Shown here one piece after another: positions 33,301-38,847 of a stretch of DNA of 64,000 nt. Made by a program: the position numbers and the translations under genes. Positions within the stretch are counted from its first letter, which is position 1, and the number at the start of each line of letters is the position of its first letter. The notes below the pieces were generated by a model that was not told the origin of the DNA, made no database searches, and worked only from the letters and a program-made list of their open reading frames with translations. Source of the stretch: Candidatus Kaiserbacteria bacterium (GTDB lineage Bacteria > Patescibacteriota > Minisyncoccia > Phycocordibacterales > Phycocordibacteraceae); contig JACPGH010000007.1 of the NCBI GenBank assembly GCA_016182485.1, positions 27,656 to 91,655 on the forward strand, written 5' to 3'.

Positions 33301-36300
33301 CGGCGTGCCGATGTCCTGTGTGCCGTCAAGCGCTTCGATGTTGCCCGTGATGATGTTGGAGCCGATGCGGAGCGTCCCGCCAGCGGCGACGATGTCGTGA
33401 TTGCCCGTACCGGTGAAGGTGAGGCCCGATCCGGCGCCGTCTATCGTCACGCCGCCGTTCAAGAGCGACGCGCCGTTGACCGAGAACTTTGACGATGGGG
33501 TTGAAGTCCCTATGCCGACGTTGCCATCCGAGTCGATGATGAAAGGAGTGGAATCGGGAGAAGCAGTATCCTCTACGACAAAGGAAGGGAAACTATTATC
33601 GCCATTGGTCACGCTCAACTTCCCCCATGGAGTCGTTGTGCCAACACCGGCCGCCGATTTGCTTCGAGTGAGTGATAGAACCGTATTAACAACACCTCCC
33701 AGGGCCCGCTCGATATGCAGGTCTCCGCCGTTTGTATCCACTGCGGTCGTCGAGACGCGGAATCCCCAGGTCTGACGACCGCCGGTGAGCGAATCGCCCA
33801 AAGTAAGCACTTGATTAGAGCCAGCCGTGTCACCTCCCGAGGTAAGGATATTCAGCGCGCCAAGTGGAGCCTGTGTCCCTATTCCCACCCTCCCATTCGC
33901 GAGTACGGTCACGAGCGTGCTCGTCGAAGTGCCGGCAGTCGTAGACGCGATAGTGAAGAGCGGCGTGTCTACAGCCGTCGACGCAGAATTTGAGATCGAC
34001 AGGAGGGAGTAGGGAGAAGTCGTCCCGATGCCGACATTTCCTGCCGTATCGATGCGCATGCGCTCGAGATTGTTCGTGCCGAAGACGACAGGGTTATTCG
34101 AGGTAGCGCCGAAAGCGACTATGCCGCCCGCATCGGCCATATTTCCCTTGAACAATACGGAGTTGTTAAGTTGTAGCGCACCGAATAGATTCCCCGTCTG
34201 CGTCGTGCCATACACATCGACCGCGCCATAGGAGTTCCCGTCGTTTTGAATAGAGACTTGGGTCCTGCTATTGGGATCCGCCCCGGTTATCGCCACCTGC
34301 GTCTGCCCACTACCCGAACCGAGGATATCCAGCAATCTTGTGGGTACAGCTTTGCCGATACCGATCTTGCCGTTCGCGAGCACGGTCATGAGGGTCGAAG
34401 TCGAGGTGCCGCCGGTGGTCGAGGCGATGGTGAACAAGGGCGTGTTGACCGTTGTTTGTTGGCTGTTTGAAATTGAGAGAAGCGAATATGGAGAAGTGGT
34501 CCCGATACCGACGTTTACGGCGTTCGCGCCCGTGCCTCCCAGCACGAGAGAGTTGCTCGCGCCGACGATTGCGTTCGCGCCGATAGCCGTAGCGTTTGTC
34601 AAAGTACTCGAAGCCGCATCGGCCAAGTGGCCCAAGAACGTATTGTAGGTTCCTGTTGTGTTAGTCCAGCCTGCATAAGTCCCGAAGGCTGCGTTATTAC
34701 TACCAGTGGTGTTGTAGCGTAAAGAACGATATCCATAACCAGCGTTGAAGTTACCGGTCGTATTTACCGAGGCGGCTTGATAGCCCGCTACGGTGTTGTA
34801 ATCGCCAGTCGTGTTTGCATCTAACACAAGACTGCCAAGGGCCGTGTTGTAGCTGCCGGTCGTATTGGCGGTGAGAACCTGCAAACCGAGCGCCGTATTG
34901 TGCCTGCCCGTCGTATTTACTGGCAGAGTGTATCCGCCTATTGCCGTGTTGTAATCGCCCGTCGTGTTCGCATTGAGCGCGAGATTGCCGATCGCGGTGT
35001 TATATAGCCCGGTAGTGTTAGCGGTCAGCGTGTTCGCGCCGATGCCCGTGTTCTGCGTCCCGGTCATCGTGAAGTTGCCCGCGTCGAGGCCGAGGAATGT
35101 GTTGTCCGTGCCGTAATTGTGGAGGAAGCGCATCGAGTTGACGTATACGCCGCCGGCCGTCGCGGTCGAAGAGGCGAGGACGAGATTGCCGCTAAACGTA
35201 GTCCCGCCTGTGATAGTGAGCCGGCCGAAGGTGGCCTCCGCCGCCGCGACCGAGATGCCGTTCGTGAGCGTGCTCCTGTCGAAAGTCCCGCCGCCGAAGG
35301 TGCCGTTATTGATGGTCAGATTATCGAGCTTTTCGATTCTCGCCACTTGCTGAATGGTCGTGATATTGGTCGCGGTCTGTCGCGAGATTGGCGAGAGCAT
35401 GCCGCCGACGGTGGAGAGAATGTCGTTTTTGAGCGCATTGAGCGAGAGCGTAACGTAGTCCTGTGTGACGCCCTCGACGACGGTGGTGTAGAAGTTGGAG
35501 GCTGGTTGCTGGAGGCTGGTTACTGGAATGATGTAGGCGCTAGCCGGAGCGGAGGCGACAACCGGGGTGGAGCTTGCCGTGCCCTTCGTAGCCTTTGTCG
35601 CAGGCTTAGGCGAAGTAGGGGAGCTTGCCGTGCCCTTCGTAGCCTTTGTCGCAGGCTTAGGCGAAGTAGGGCTATATACGATGACGGGCGCTGGTGCGGG
35701 GTTCAAAAGATACGCGAGGCCGCTCGCCCCGTTAGAAATCAGATTTCTAACGGGGCTGGTCGCAGAGTCCCAAAAATTGTTGATCGCTCGGTAGGTCGTA
35801 AGCGCGACTTTTTCTCCGGCCGAGAGCTGGGAGATGACGGCGGCGACGGGAGTGCCTTCGCGGTTCATATTTTCAAGAAGAGCAGGACCCTTGCCGCGCG
35901 TCGCCTCGTACGCGCCGACGATGGTTCTGCCGACCGCGCTGAATATCTGCGGGTCATTCACCATCTCGCTGAACCTTCGAGGAGCGAGTGTGAGCGGCTG
36001 GGCGGCTGCGACACCCGCATACGCGAGGTCCCCGGTCCCGGTAACGAGGGCGAGATATCGGTCGGAAGCGAAGGCGGTCGCGCCGACGAAGCGGTGCGCG
36101 AGCGCGTACTCGGCGTCGAATACCGCCTGAGCGATTCTCGGCCCTGCTTCGCTCACGCTACGCAGGGCGAGCCCGGCTTTTTCTGGCGTTTTGATAGTAG
36201 CGGCGACAGTCGCCCGCGCGAGCAGATCGCCTGTATTCCCGACGAGCGCCACGGTGGCGCGCCCTGCTTCGTTAAAACTACGCAGGGCAAGAGCGCTTAC

Positions 36301-37398
36301 TTCAGGTGCGGCAGTGGCGGGTACATACGCGAGCGAGACGTCCGCCTGGATCGCCGCATGCGTGAGATCGATGACTGCATTGCCGAACGCGAGATTCACG
36401 CGATTGACGAAGGATGGGGAAGCGGCCAGCGCATCGCGCGCCGTCGCCGCGAAAGCGAGCGCTTCTCTCCCCGAGACATCGAGGAGCGATCGATACGTCG
36501 AAAATATTTTCTCGACCGCGCCGTACGAGTTCTCGCCAAGCGCGAGGTACTGCTCTTTGCCGACGCGCGCCACGTTTGCGGGCGCATGCAGGATAGCGCC
36601 TCGCATGCGCTCCGGAGAAGAGAGGAACGCGAATGTCTCGAGGATACTGTCCTCGAGAAGCTGGGCTTCGCTCGCAGACAATTCACGCGAAGTAATAGGA
36701 GAAGTGCCGCGCCCGCCGCTCGCCCCGTTAGAAATCAGATTTCTAACTGGGCGGGCATCAAGCTTCAGTACGAACAGTGGCGAAAGAGAGATGTCCTTAA
36801 TCTCTGACGTCGCATATGTCCTATGTGCATCCTCTGATTTGGTCGTATTCCTAAAGGACGCCGATTTACGCTGGTTCAGATCCGCGGATATCCTCTGATA
36901 TGGATCCGCGCTAATCTCCCGGAAGCCGAAAGCGACGACGCGCGCGAACGAACCGAGAGCGCGTGCTGCCTGCGGAATGATCGGGGTCTGCGCGGCGAAA
37001 GCCGCTCCGGTTACCACGAACGCGGCTACCGAAAGCGCGGCGAGTTGAGAACGCCATCCGCTAAACGCAGATGATCGCAGATCTAAATCCGCGGATATCC
37101 GCTGATTCAATTTGGCGGAAATCCGCTTATACATCTGCGGAATCCGCGCAGCATGCCGGTGTGAGCGATATTCAGCTTCGCGCGCGCGCGCGAGCGCGCG
37201 CGAATAATCAGACTTACGCGCTTCCTGCCGGTCAAGGAAGCGGATAAGAGACTCTCTGCCGACGAACCAGCTGTGGCCGATCTTTTTTCCGGAAATTTTC
37301 CCGCTGCGGACTAGACGCGCGAGGTAATCGGAAGTATATCCGGACAGCTCTCCAGCATCCTTTGTCGTGATCAGATTTCCGTTAAGAGAAGGATCCAT
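18340..37398 (-). CDS. Giant 6352-aa modular surface-fibre/adhesin-like protein: N-terminal HTH, TM, GNVGIGT-linked modules, two S74-type chaperone domains, C-terminal Ig-like (DUF5011-like) domains
   Basis: Uninterrupted ORF; dozens of G(N/K/R)VGIGT motifs; NTAIG..AL..NTTG repeats; SDERLK and STRALK S74 motifs; PIVTLNG...FTDPGATATD..DGDLT. Confidence 0.88.
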   Translation of the reverse strand: MDPSLNGNLITTKDAGELSGYTSDYLARLVRSGKISGKKIGHSWFVGRESLIRFLDRQEARKSDYSRALARAREAEYRSHRHAARIPQMYKRISAKLNQRISADLDLRSSAFSGWRSQLAALSVAAFVVTGAAFAAQTPIIPQAARALGSFARVVAFGFREISADPYQRISADLNQRKSASFRNTTKSEDAHRTYATSEIKDISLSPLFVLKLDARPVRNLISNGASGGRGTSPITSRELSASEAQLLEDSILETFAFLSSPERMRGAILHAPANVARVGKEQYLALGENSYGAVEKIFSTYRSLLDVSGREALAFAATARDALAASPSFVNRVNLAFGNAVIDLTHAAIQADVSLAYVPATAAPEVSALALRSFNEAGRATVALVGNTGDLLARATVAATIKTPEKAGLALRSVSEAGPRIAQAVFDAEYALAHRFVGATAFASDRYLALVTGTGDLAYAGVAAAQPLTLAPRRFSEMVNDPQIFSAVGRTIVGAYEATRGKGPALLENMNREGTPVAAVISQLSAGEKVALTTYRAINNFWDSATSPVRNLISNGASGLAYLLNPAPAPVIVYSPTSPKPATKATKGTASSPTSPKPATKATKGTASSTPVVASAPASAYIIPVTSLQQPASNFYTTVVEGVTQDYVTLSLNALKNDILSTVGGMLSPISRQTATNITTIQQVARIEKLDNLTINNGTFGGGTFDRSTLTNGISVAAAEATFGRLTITGGTTFSGNLVLASSTATAGGVYVNSMRFLHNYGTDNTFLGLDAGNFTMTGTQNTGIGANTLTANTTGLYNTAIGNLALNANTTGDYNTAIGGYTLPVNTTGRHNTALGLQVLTANTTGSYNTALGSLVLDANTTGDYNTVAGYQAASVNTTGNFNAGYGYRSLRYNTTGSNNAAFGTYAGWTNTTGTYNTFLGHLADAASSTLTNATAIGANAIVGASNSLVLGGTGANAVNVGIGTTSPYSLLSISNSQQTTVNTPLFTIASTTGGTSTSTLMTVLANGKIGIGKAVPTRLLDILGSGSGQTQVAITGADPNSRTQVSIQNDGNSYGAVDVYGTTQTGNLFGALQLNNSVLFKGNMADAGGIVAFGATSNNPVVFGTNNLERMRIDTAGNVGIGTTSPYSLLSISNSASTAVDTPLFTIASTTAGTSTSTLVTVLANGRVGIGTQAPLGALNILTSGGDTAGSNQVLTLGDSLTGGRQTWGFRVSTTAVDTNGGDLHIERALGGVVNTVLSLTRSKSAAGVGTTTPWGKLSVTNGDNSFPSFVVEDTASPDSTPFIIDSDGNVGIGTSTPSSKFSVNGASLLNGGVTIDGAGSGLTFTGTGNHDIVAAGGTLRIGSNIITGNIEALDGTQDIGTPSVRFDKIYANEVSAVTVVGTIVGGNVQAETLTVNSDNTSADQESAYLVFARGSSSPNAQLAWNAATSSKRFEFNQPLYIQDASLTSATSTLFVQGWSGQTSDLFRIASSSDTVTPYLTVTSAGNVGIGTTTPAEQLEITGNFRLPVTTTAVGQIKMGDNRWIDSYGTGNLMIGTNGAPAGNTTLTGTYNIGIGGDLVLSSITTGTSNIAIGRYGLKSLTTGNNNSVLGYLAGASLTTASNNVAIGTSALNSNVTTDGLTALGAYALADTTGVENTGLGLQAGYHISTGAYNTAVGSNAIGGAIVTGDFNTAVGRSAMSANTSGASNIGIGVNVLLSNTTGSYNIAMGQSALQTATSSSNQVAIGYQALLNMITGPSNDTEGNVALGYNAGNAITYGGGNILLGYQAGDALTTGSRNIILGYDIDAPAVTSSNILNIGNLIYGTGIDGTGTTLSSGNVGIGTTSPSGKLTVEAASGVVNSAESAGTLVLRSSDAAAIDKGPQLRFSGFGGGATGALAFATIAGRMESNPNAGYLQFSTTQTDSTIAERMRITSTGNVGIGTAGPNYKLDIATASSNTQIRFGSDGTNSGGFLISTADSQGNIAGGMSWNGSSYVARSTMASQVENYLGNIRFFTNSGLTAGNSFTPTERMRIDTSGNVGIGTASPGSGIATALTTSLHIGPGSGTNPGIVLQDNSNSKKHILRIIDDAFWISADDGSIQRTDIAIKSDTGNVGIGTTSPAALLSVHGNSYVSGTGFFGGAITGTSTLAVGTSTLTNLIVTNTSTSTLTGGLVAGTNVRASLPSDPTWYTEISAENSGSYLKTAGYSVLNLRVGATNVMALNGSSNTLAGNLGLSTSKILGVDNIAYIDLYNPSTGNIHITNTSASATYGNILFETGASATEQMRITNSGNVGIGTTSPYAKLSVVGETVSQYFTATSTTATSTFAGGLSAGNAGLLVMQNGAVQIGGSDRFDFTPGPTSIFTINNPNSNSIGINLNTGDSQSAFVNFSRSSAVKWGLGLPYSASDNFVISKGNAPAEDSSAVFTILSSNNNVGIGTTSPNNNLQVVSGAAGSAPLAITNTSDNYTVRVTSSGALPYWQFTNAAVSAVVNAGIDASSLNLGRGNVQIIGSDTPTASTIPARLYVVGDGTNPAAIFNTGNIGIGTTTPSARLDIVPTTVPSQTYAPIMILESRLANGYSEQGGYIGFRQVDVGNNVVTNDAARIVAVHDNFQAEQGDTGLSFWTTPANLSVAERVRISSTGNVGIGTTTPGVLLDVVKNSTSDNGTIFPTVRVRNLSTSDKSYAQFQVDVAGGGVTSYWQGEGVGTGKLGTPGAFIGTYTNHPFAFVTNDSEKMRLTAGGNLGIGETAPGSKLSVSGGATIGASYDTTVAPTNGLIVEGNVGIGTTSPYSLLSISNSAGTTVNTPLFTIASTTAGNSTSTLMTVLANGNVGIGTAAPGYTLDVTKSEPGNYVANFYNSNTTNGSHGMYVNVAQGSNTNALVVATEGTPRLTVNSTGVVSGGNFTTTSGYIGYDVNHNLNWTGSAYRLLSNADPITFVGAYELMRITAAGLVGIGSTTPWGQLSASSTSAYPTLAIEQKSTGPAAVFLGGNVGIGTTSPASLFSVHGNGLFSGNITAANITATGTLTAANISTTGYLSTSNAAVGGDDWYISAGDSGHLGFFKDSTAVSTNGKMVLTTGGLLGVGGGLNTATVPAEELEVYSSSGVTAIRITGDSNQGAPELQFNMRNGVANQAKIVGSSGESHNSPELQFYVNTGADSTNTLVQRMTINDLGKVGIGTTSPYSLLSISNSAGTTANTPLFTIASTTGGTSTSTLMTVLANGRVGIGTAGPSTLFDIVSNSSATSTIRQFLTSDAGPALQLIHARGTASAPSATCGVDCSSDTLGQIDFMGYDGSAYQTGARIIAEAAGNGSWSPGGLGTSLVFYGVDTNTSSLAERMRFQPNSTVEFFGLGASGLSLTGSQMIVSSSFRFGYGGTTQDGYVPATGPDGWGMISSTGSFRVNLDADNDNTGQAFVIGHHQTDGDATNNVLMVVNDSGNVGIGTTTPNWLLQAAGTRPSFALSDSSAGANLKHWLFSSMGGNLYVGTSTDAYGTSTPAALTITNAGNVGIGKAIPNFLAEFSRSDTTSTRSGNISAEIAVVNDLPGTNYGPGAGIRFLAPTGGVTPTPSVGRILGTFGGNCYGNDCSLLVFQTTTGANVFSDAMIISGTEVSIGTPTINPAVPLEVVGSVAPSSVGAAGILQLYRGVNDGVSYPNIAEFALGRYQVGDTNPYSRLDINLKSSGSFDKTGDVTVMTLQANGNVGIGTTSPGALLSISGGPASILFNRPNNSHDGGLTLDSNGAALWKVGFIGGLTSNNFYIRDGKDDKTLLAFAAAGLDNAISVSATQVAIASTLYANGSGNVGIGTTSPAALTSIGGDLFVGASTAGGTNGKLGIGVANPVQIIHAVGSTPYIRLDDSASSPAGKIVYFGNNAGRIILGTDAGTSGRKFSIGYNAPDDSMFIADSTGNVGIGTTSPLNLLHIATSGDDMTFGGNAGANVAGNLYYSSGWKYIEAAGGAAIGINDNNRAGDIGFYTAPSGAVGSAATLSARMYIQEGGNVGIGTTSPDALLNIQNYGGGQGLNSQFIVNSGYAAGPGSISMSVVNSGNVFLGFDVDEVAAAMVARGTAASMLRELNGELLFTGDTGLTMNSAFTPTTRMTLDLSNGKFGIGSTTPWGQLSASSTSAYPTLAIEQKSTGPAAVFLGGNVGIGVTNPTSKLVVAGSTSASPNDYVAVFRTIDDAANRPIIRIENSAQSELARWDYNGYLTAPGFYATSNYVLSVAPGNIIIASQSGSTLQMGDVNGKAQKLSLYSNGVESLTIDTSGNVGIGTTSPWGVLSVTNAGSGPSFVVEDTESPDATPFTIDAGGSVGIGVSNPALSLQVNGAAGVPANSGTTATGRVRFSGTDNIAMDFGALNTSPWSAWIQVHDSTDQSVNYPLSLQTNGGNVGIGTTNPGATLQVGTNVLTVSATTSNVGIGTVSPLATLHVAGDIFQPYSQQIRSGLDNTSIYGYLELYNTSTGNLTLQAHSANNRSALINPNGGNVGIGTTSPWADLHVRDTAQSAGITDTPDSWLNALFERAWGSSSAAGIAIVGSSKSTGGNGVVYLGNSDDWDNTALSGGNDVFKLYVGATIPFITAQGTGSGDGKLSIATTSANQVLTLYQPANDVAIELSALAGPTYKWTMGMDYSDGGKFKIASSSALGTDDRFVIDGNGNVGIGTTSPESRLAVAQPSAISSTFDLATLDANTNVTNASGVTQRGLVLKMPTFTMNNAPATLTGARIETGSPGQFDQGGDVATVRGIEITSGNWLGNTGGFTWRGVQITTPTMRKDHSGGNAQESYGIDITTGATTGSGTNGINTGLRITGGSQSNAGIQRGLHINMADASHAALIVQTGNVGIGTTTPGVLLDVYKSSNLVSRFDSGSHNYLRLNRGAVTNNNELEFQTNGTTNWAMGLGDDSENKFYITTNNAVPSDGAKLTITTAGNVGIGTTSPVGHLEIANTTTNNTRLILRGTTGNGAVLINGTDLTTAQEWFKIDAFGRASFDEQAQSTAETPAVNISNLTGYGIFGSSYLGFTTNASEKMRITSGGNVGIGTTSPYSILSISNAAGTAVNTPLFTIASTTAGTSTSTLMTVLANGNVGIGAAAPGGKLSVAGNIFFGDESHYLSTDNSTYAMLSSNRDVQLSISGNPKLTVQASTGNVGIGTTTPTNTLTVSGTRVAGSLTSVAKIGTSGFGGQTGDAIGLLFSDTATGGYDFARIQTRAPGGSNMALDFGVWDGSTISNYMTIIKNGNVGIGTTSPQSKLHVTGGFSGITPLAGTVLTVENSGSNYLSLLAPNANEQALLFGSPNNVADGGVFYSPNGLSRGMSFRTGGNATQMVINSTGNVGIGTTTPLSILQTTTGGDNYFVMDNKNYATSEGIWRLHVGNTTDFFSIEQNTAAVRDFSTSYTPFFIGGVSGGYNQRVGIGTTTPGSKLSIAGGVSVGTNYGAAAPTNGMIIEGNVGIGTTSPGTLLSLGDTGANTINISATATSTFGSGIDIRTGCFAINGVCVGGGSGTGTVGSGTAGQFPYYAGTGTTLTATSSLYVATNERVGIASSTPFAKFAVENTSAALSFAVNDQAGDPTPFVIDDSGDVGIGTASPGGQSERFSIVTTAGSASAMTIYNGSDPNYIGEFGIDASTGNLIITSRLVGSGVQPIYMSASAIGLGTTTPATLLEVGGETANVTFDGYKNCTGFTSNGNGLLACSASDERLKQDISPLATASGLSAIDALRPVSFYWDPAAERSSQKQFGLIAQQVREVFPDLVQTSAPTSLTPDGTLSINYDGLAAPMILAIQELSTTSTRLAGRVGTLENEITALTGGYFGFSYEGSISARNEPVTAPIIANWVYASSTPASIVENLQKPAEGIEPSEIEVTGSFPHQAAGLFTVYGNVAADSFVASTSVWTSNLAVTNEGYINRLTAQEVSATSFVNTSTRALKTDINYMSASSTEAVLGKVRGLKVATYRYAAEAGSNPLRLGLIAEDARETAPEILSIDGNGVDLYKLATLTLAGVQTLAEKVDRAEVRLTSLEARLAALESGAVSSASGSPVSFSTTSLASAFNAFGAYIAKGIAQFGTLVADQFVAATNSAGTSSAGTVKIIAGNTVAEVQNAYVKPSTKIFVTFTASTTGSWYIAEKKDGSFRLVLESPQAGDTSFDYFLIQTEGQMATSTPESQISNSQFSISNSNTSTQWITVLGDNPYLIEVGGNFVDPGIDAGGAPVTTYINGVESEVGPGTIDTSSETTYIITYRVLGPNGSIMATRSVIVGNGSVVAGTTSQESQVTSQESSATPESEVISPDSDSQPPIVTLNGEAAMQISEGQTFTDPGATATDETDGDLTAKIATSGSADTATAGSYTLTYSATDAAGNTGSVSRLVTVIEPLSAATETSTTPQ
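21113..34520 (-). repeat. Dispersed 29-bp intragenic repeat GGCAACGTCGGCATCGGGACGACGAGTCC
   Basis: Exact copies start (+ coordinates) at 21113, 22661, 23987, 24638, 25709, 26330, 31088 and 31910; roughly 20 more variant copies. Confidence 0.9.
35570..35671. repeat. Exact 51-bp tandem duplication (17 codons) in the giant gene
   Basis: 35570-35620 equals 35621-35671, encoding SPTSPKPATKATKGTAS twice. Confidence 0.9.
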
Positions 37399-38021
37399 GT
37401 CGGATAACCGAATTAACTAAATAATAGCTCGTCATTTCGGCAAAAAAATACCTACAAAAAAATTGTGTGGATAATGCGCTGACCTGCGCTTCAGATGAAC
37501 CGCTGAGACGGGGCCATTTTCGATCGAAACGTACGCATTTCTCACCCATTTTTTCAAAATCGTCCCGCAAAACCAGAAATCGGACGCTCCAAAGCGGAAT
37601 AGGCCACGCAAAGCCGGCCCAAGCGCATGTCAAAGCTCACGGAAACCTGTGTAAATTAGCTTTGAGAGCGGCATATTCGCGGTCCAGAGACGTCCATAAT
37701 TGATATTCTGAAATCACCCCAGACTTATGCGCGACATATACCGCTTATTTTTTAGATATTTCGGGCAAGCGACCTGGCTCACAACCGAATAGCAGTGATC
37801 GATGAATGGCGCTATTTACGCATTGTAAAAATAAATTCAGCCACTGCGCACAATATGAGATTGCATATATTGTGCGCACACATGCTTATCTCATAGAATA
37901 GATCTCCCTCAAGGAGATGAAATGCACAATATATATAGTATGTGACCTATACTTTCCCTTTTTGGCACATTTTTCACTTTTATTTGTCAGGCAGTTTTAG
38001 ACGAGACAAGAAAGCATTGTA

Positions 38022-38795
38022 CTATCTGTCTATTTCATAGACTACTACCCCTGCCATGAGCGAGGCTCGTTTATCCGATTCTATATATTTATCGAAATAT
38101 CCAGTGCCAAGTATCGCCAGGGCCATAGTACACACGGCAACTAAAGCTCCAGACAGATATATCGCAGAGACCATCCTCTTTCCTCTGCTTTTAGGCTGAT
38201 CGTCTCCTTTATCCTCTGCTTCCTTCGGGAAATCCGGCAGCAGCTCCTTAGGAGGATGCCGGTATATGGCGCGGATTGGTATGTCTACCGATTCTTCGCT
38301 CTTCTCTCCGGGTCCTTCCACGCGTTCCGCGCGCTCTTCAGGCTCGAAATTGGCCTTCTCTATTTCGTTGGACGCTGTAATTGGGGTCGTAGCTATGCTT
38401 GCAACCTGCTCAAACCATGATTTCCAAGTCTCTGCCATATTCAATGGCGCAGATTCCGCGGAATTGTTCTCATCCGCGGATATCCGCTGATTTGAATCGG
38501 CGGTTATCAGCTCCTCCAGAGGAGCAGGCCCGTAGCGTGGAGATTCCCAGGCAGAAGAGACAAAAGATCGTGACTCATGGCTCTTTCCCCTCTTAGGCTC
38601 CTGTTTGGGAGTCTCCTCGCCGAAGCGATGATCGCGGACCGCAGTCTCAAGAACATACCAATTCCGACCTACTAGCCTGGCAGGCAGACGCCCTTCTCGG
38701 CACAGCTGCCCTATGTAATCCTTCGCATACCCGGTTACCTTCGCAGCTTGTTTTGACGATATGTACTTCTTGTCTTCGATAAGCAGCTCGTCCAT
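38022..38795 (-). CDS. HTH (excisionase/MerR-like) domain protein with C-terminal TM helix
   Basis: ISSKQAAKVTGYAKDYIGQLCREGRL...GRNWYV; hydrophobic segment near the C-terminus. Confidence 0.8.
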   Translation of the reverse strand: MDELLIEDKKYISSKQAAKVTGYAKDYIGQLCREGRLPARLVGRNWYVLETAVRDHRFGEETPKQEPKRGKSHESRSFVSSAWESPRYGPAPLEELITADSNQRISADENNSAESAPLNMAETWKSWFEQVASIATTPITASNEIEKANFEPEERAERVEGPGEKSEESVDIPIRAIYRHPPKELLPDFPKEAEDKGDDQPKSRGKRMVSAIYLSGALVAVCTMALAILGTGYFDKYIESDKRASLMAGVVVYEIDR

Positions 38796-38847
38796 GCCAG
38801 CAGTATAGCCATATCTCGGCTGGGATGGAAGGGAGATGTGTACAAAC

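Noticed and set aside
21113-34520. CRISPR array suggested by the 29-bp repeats
   Set aside because: Spacers are hundreds of bp, variable in length and in-frame within one ORF; no cas1 or other cas genes
35119-36807. Long plus-strand ORF (562 aa) and similar antisense ORFs (e.g. 4130-5020, 15661-16701, 51958-52839, 59615-60568)
   Set aside because: Shadow frames of well-supported genes in GC-rich sequence; no recognisable motifs
18340-37398. Prophage tail gene
   Set aside because: No other phage genes; flanked by housekeeping genes and has a membrane-anchor-like N-terminus
37399-38021. Replication origin suggested by DnaA boxes here and at 44836
   Set aside because: Only single perfect boxes, no cluster, and no dnaA/dnaN nearby
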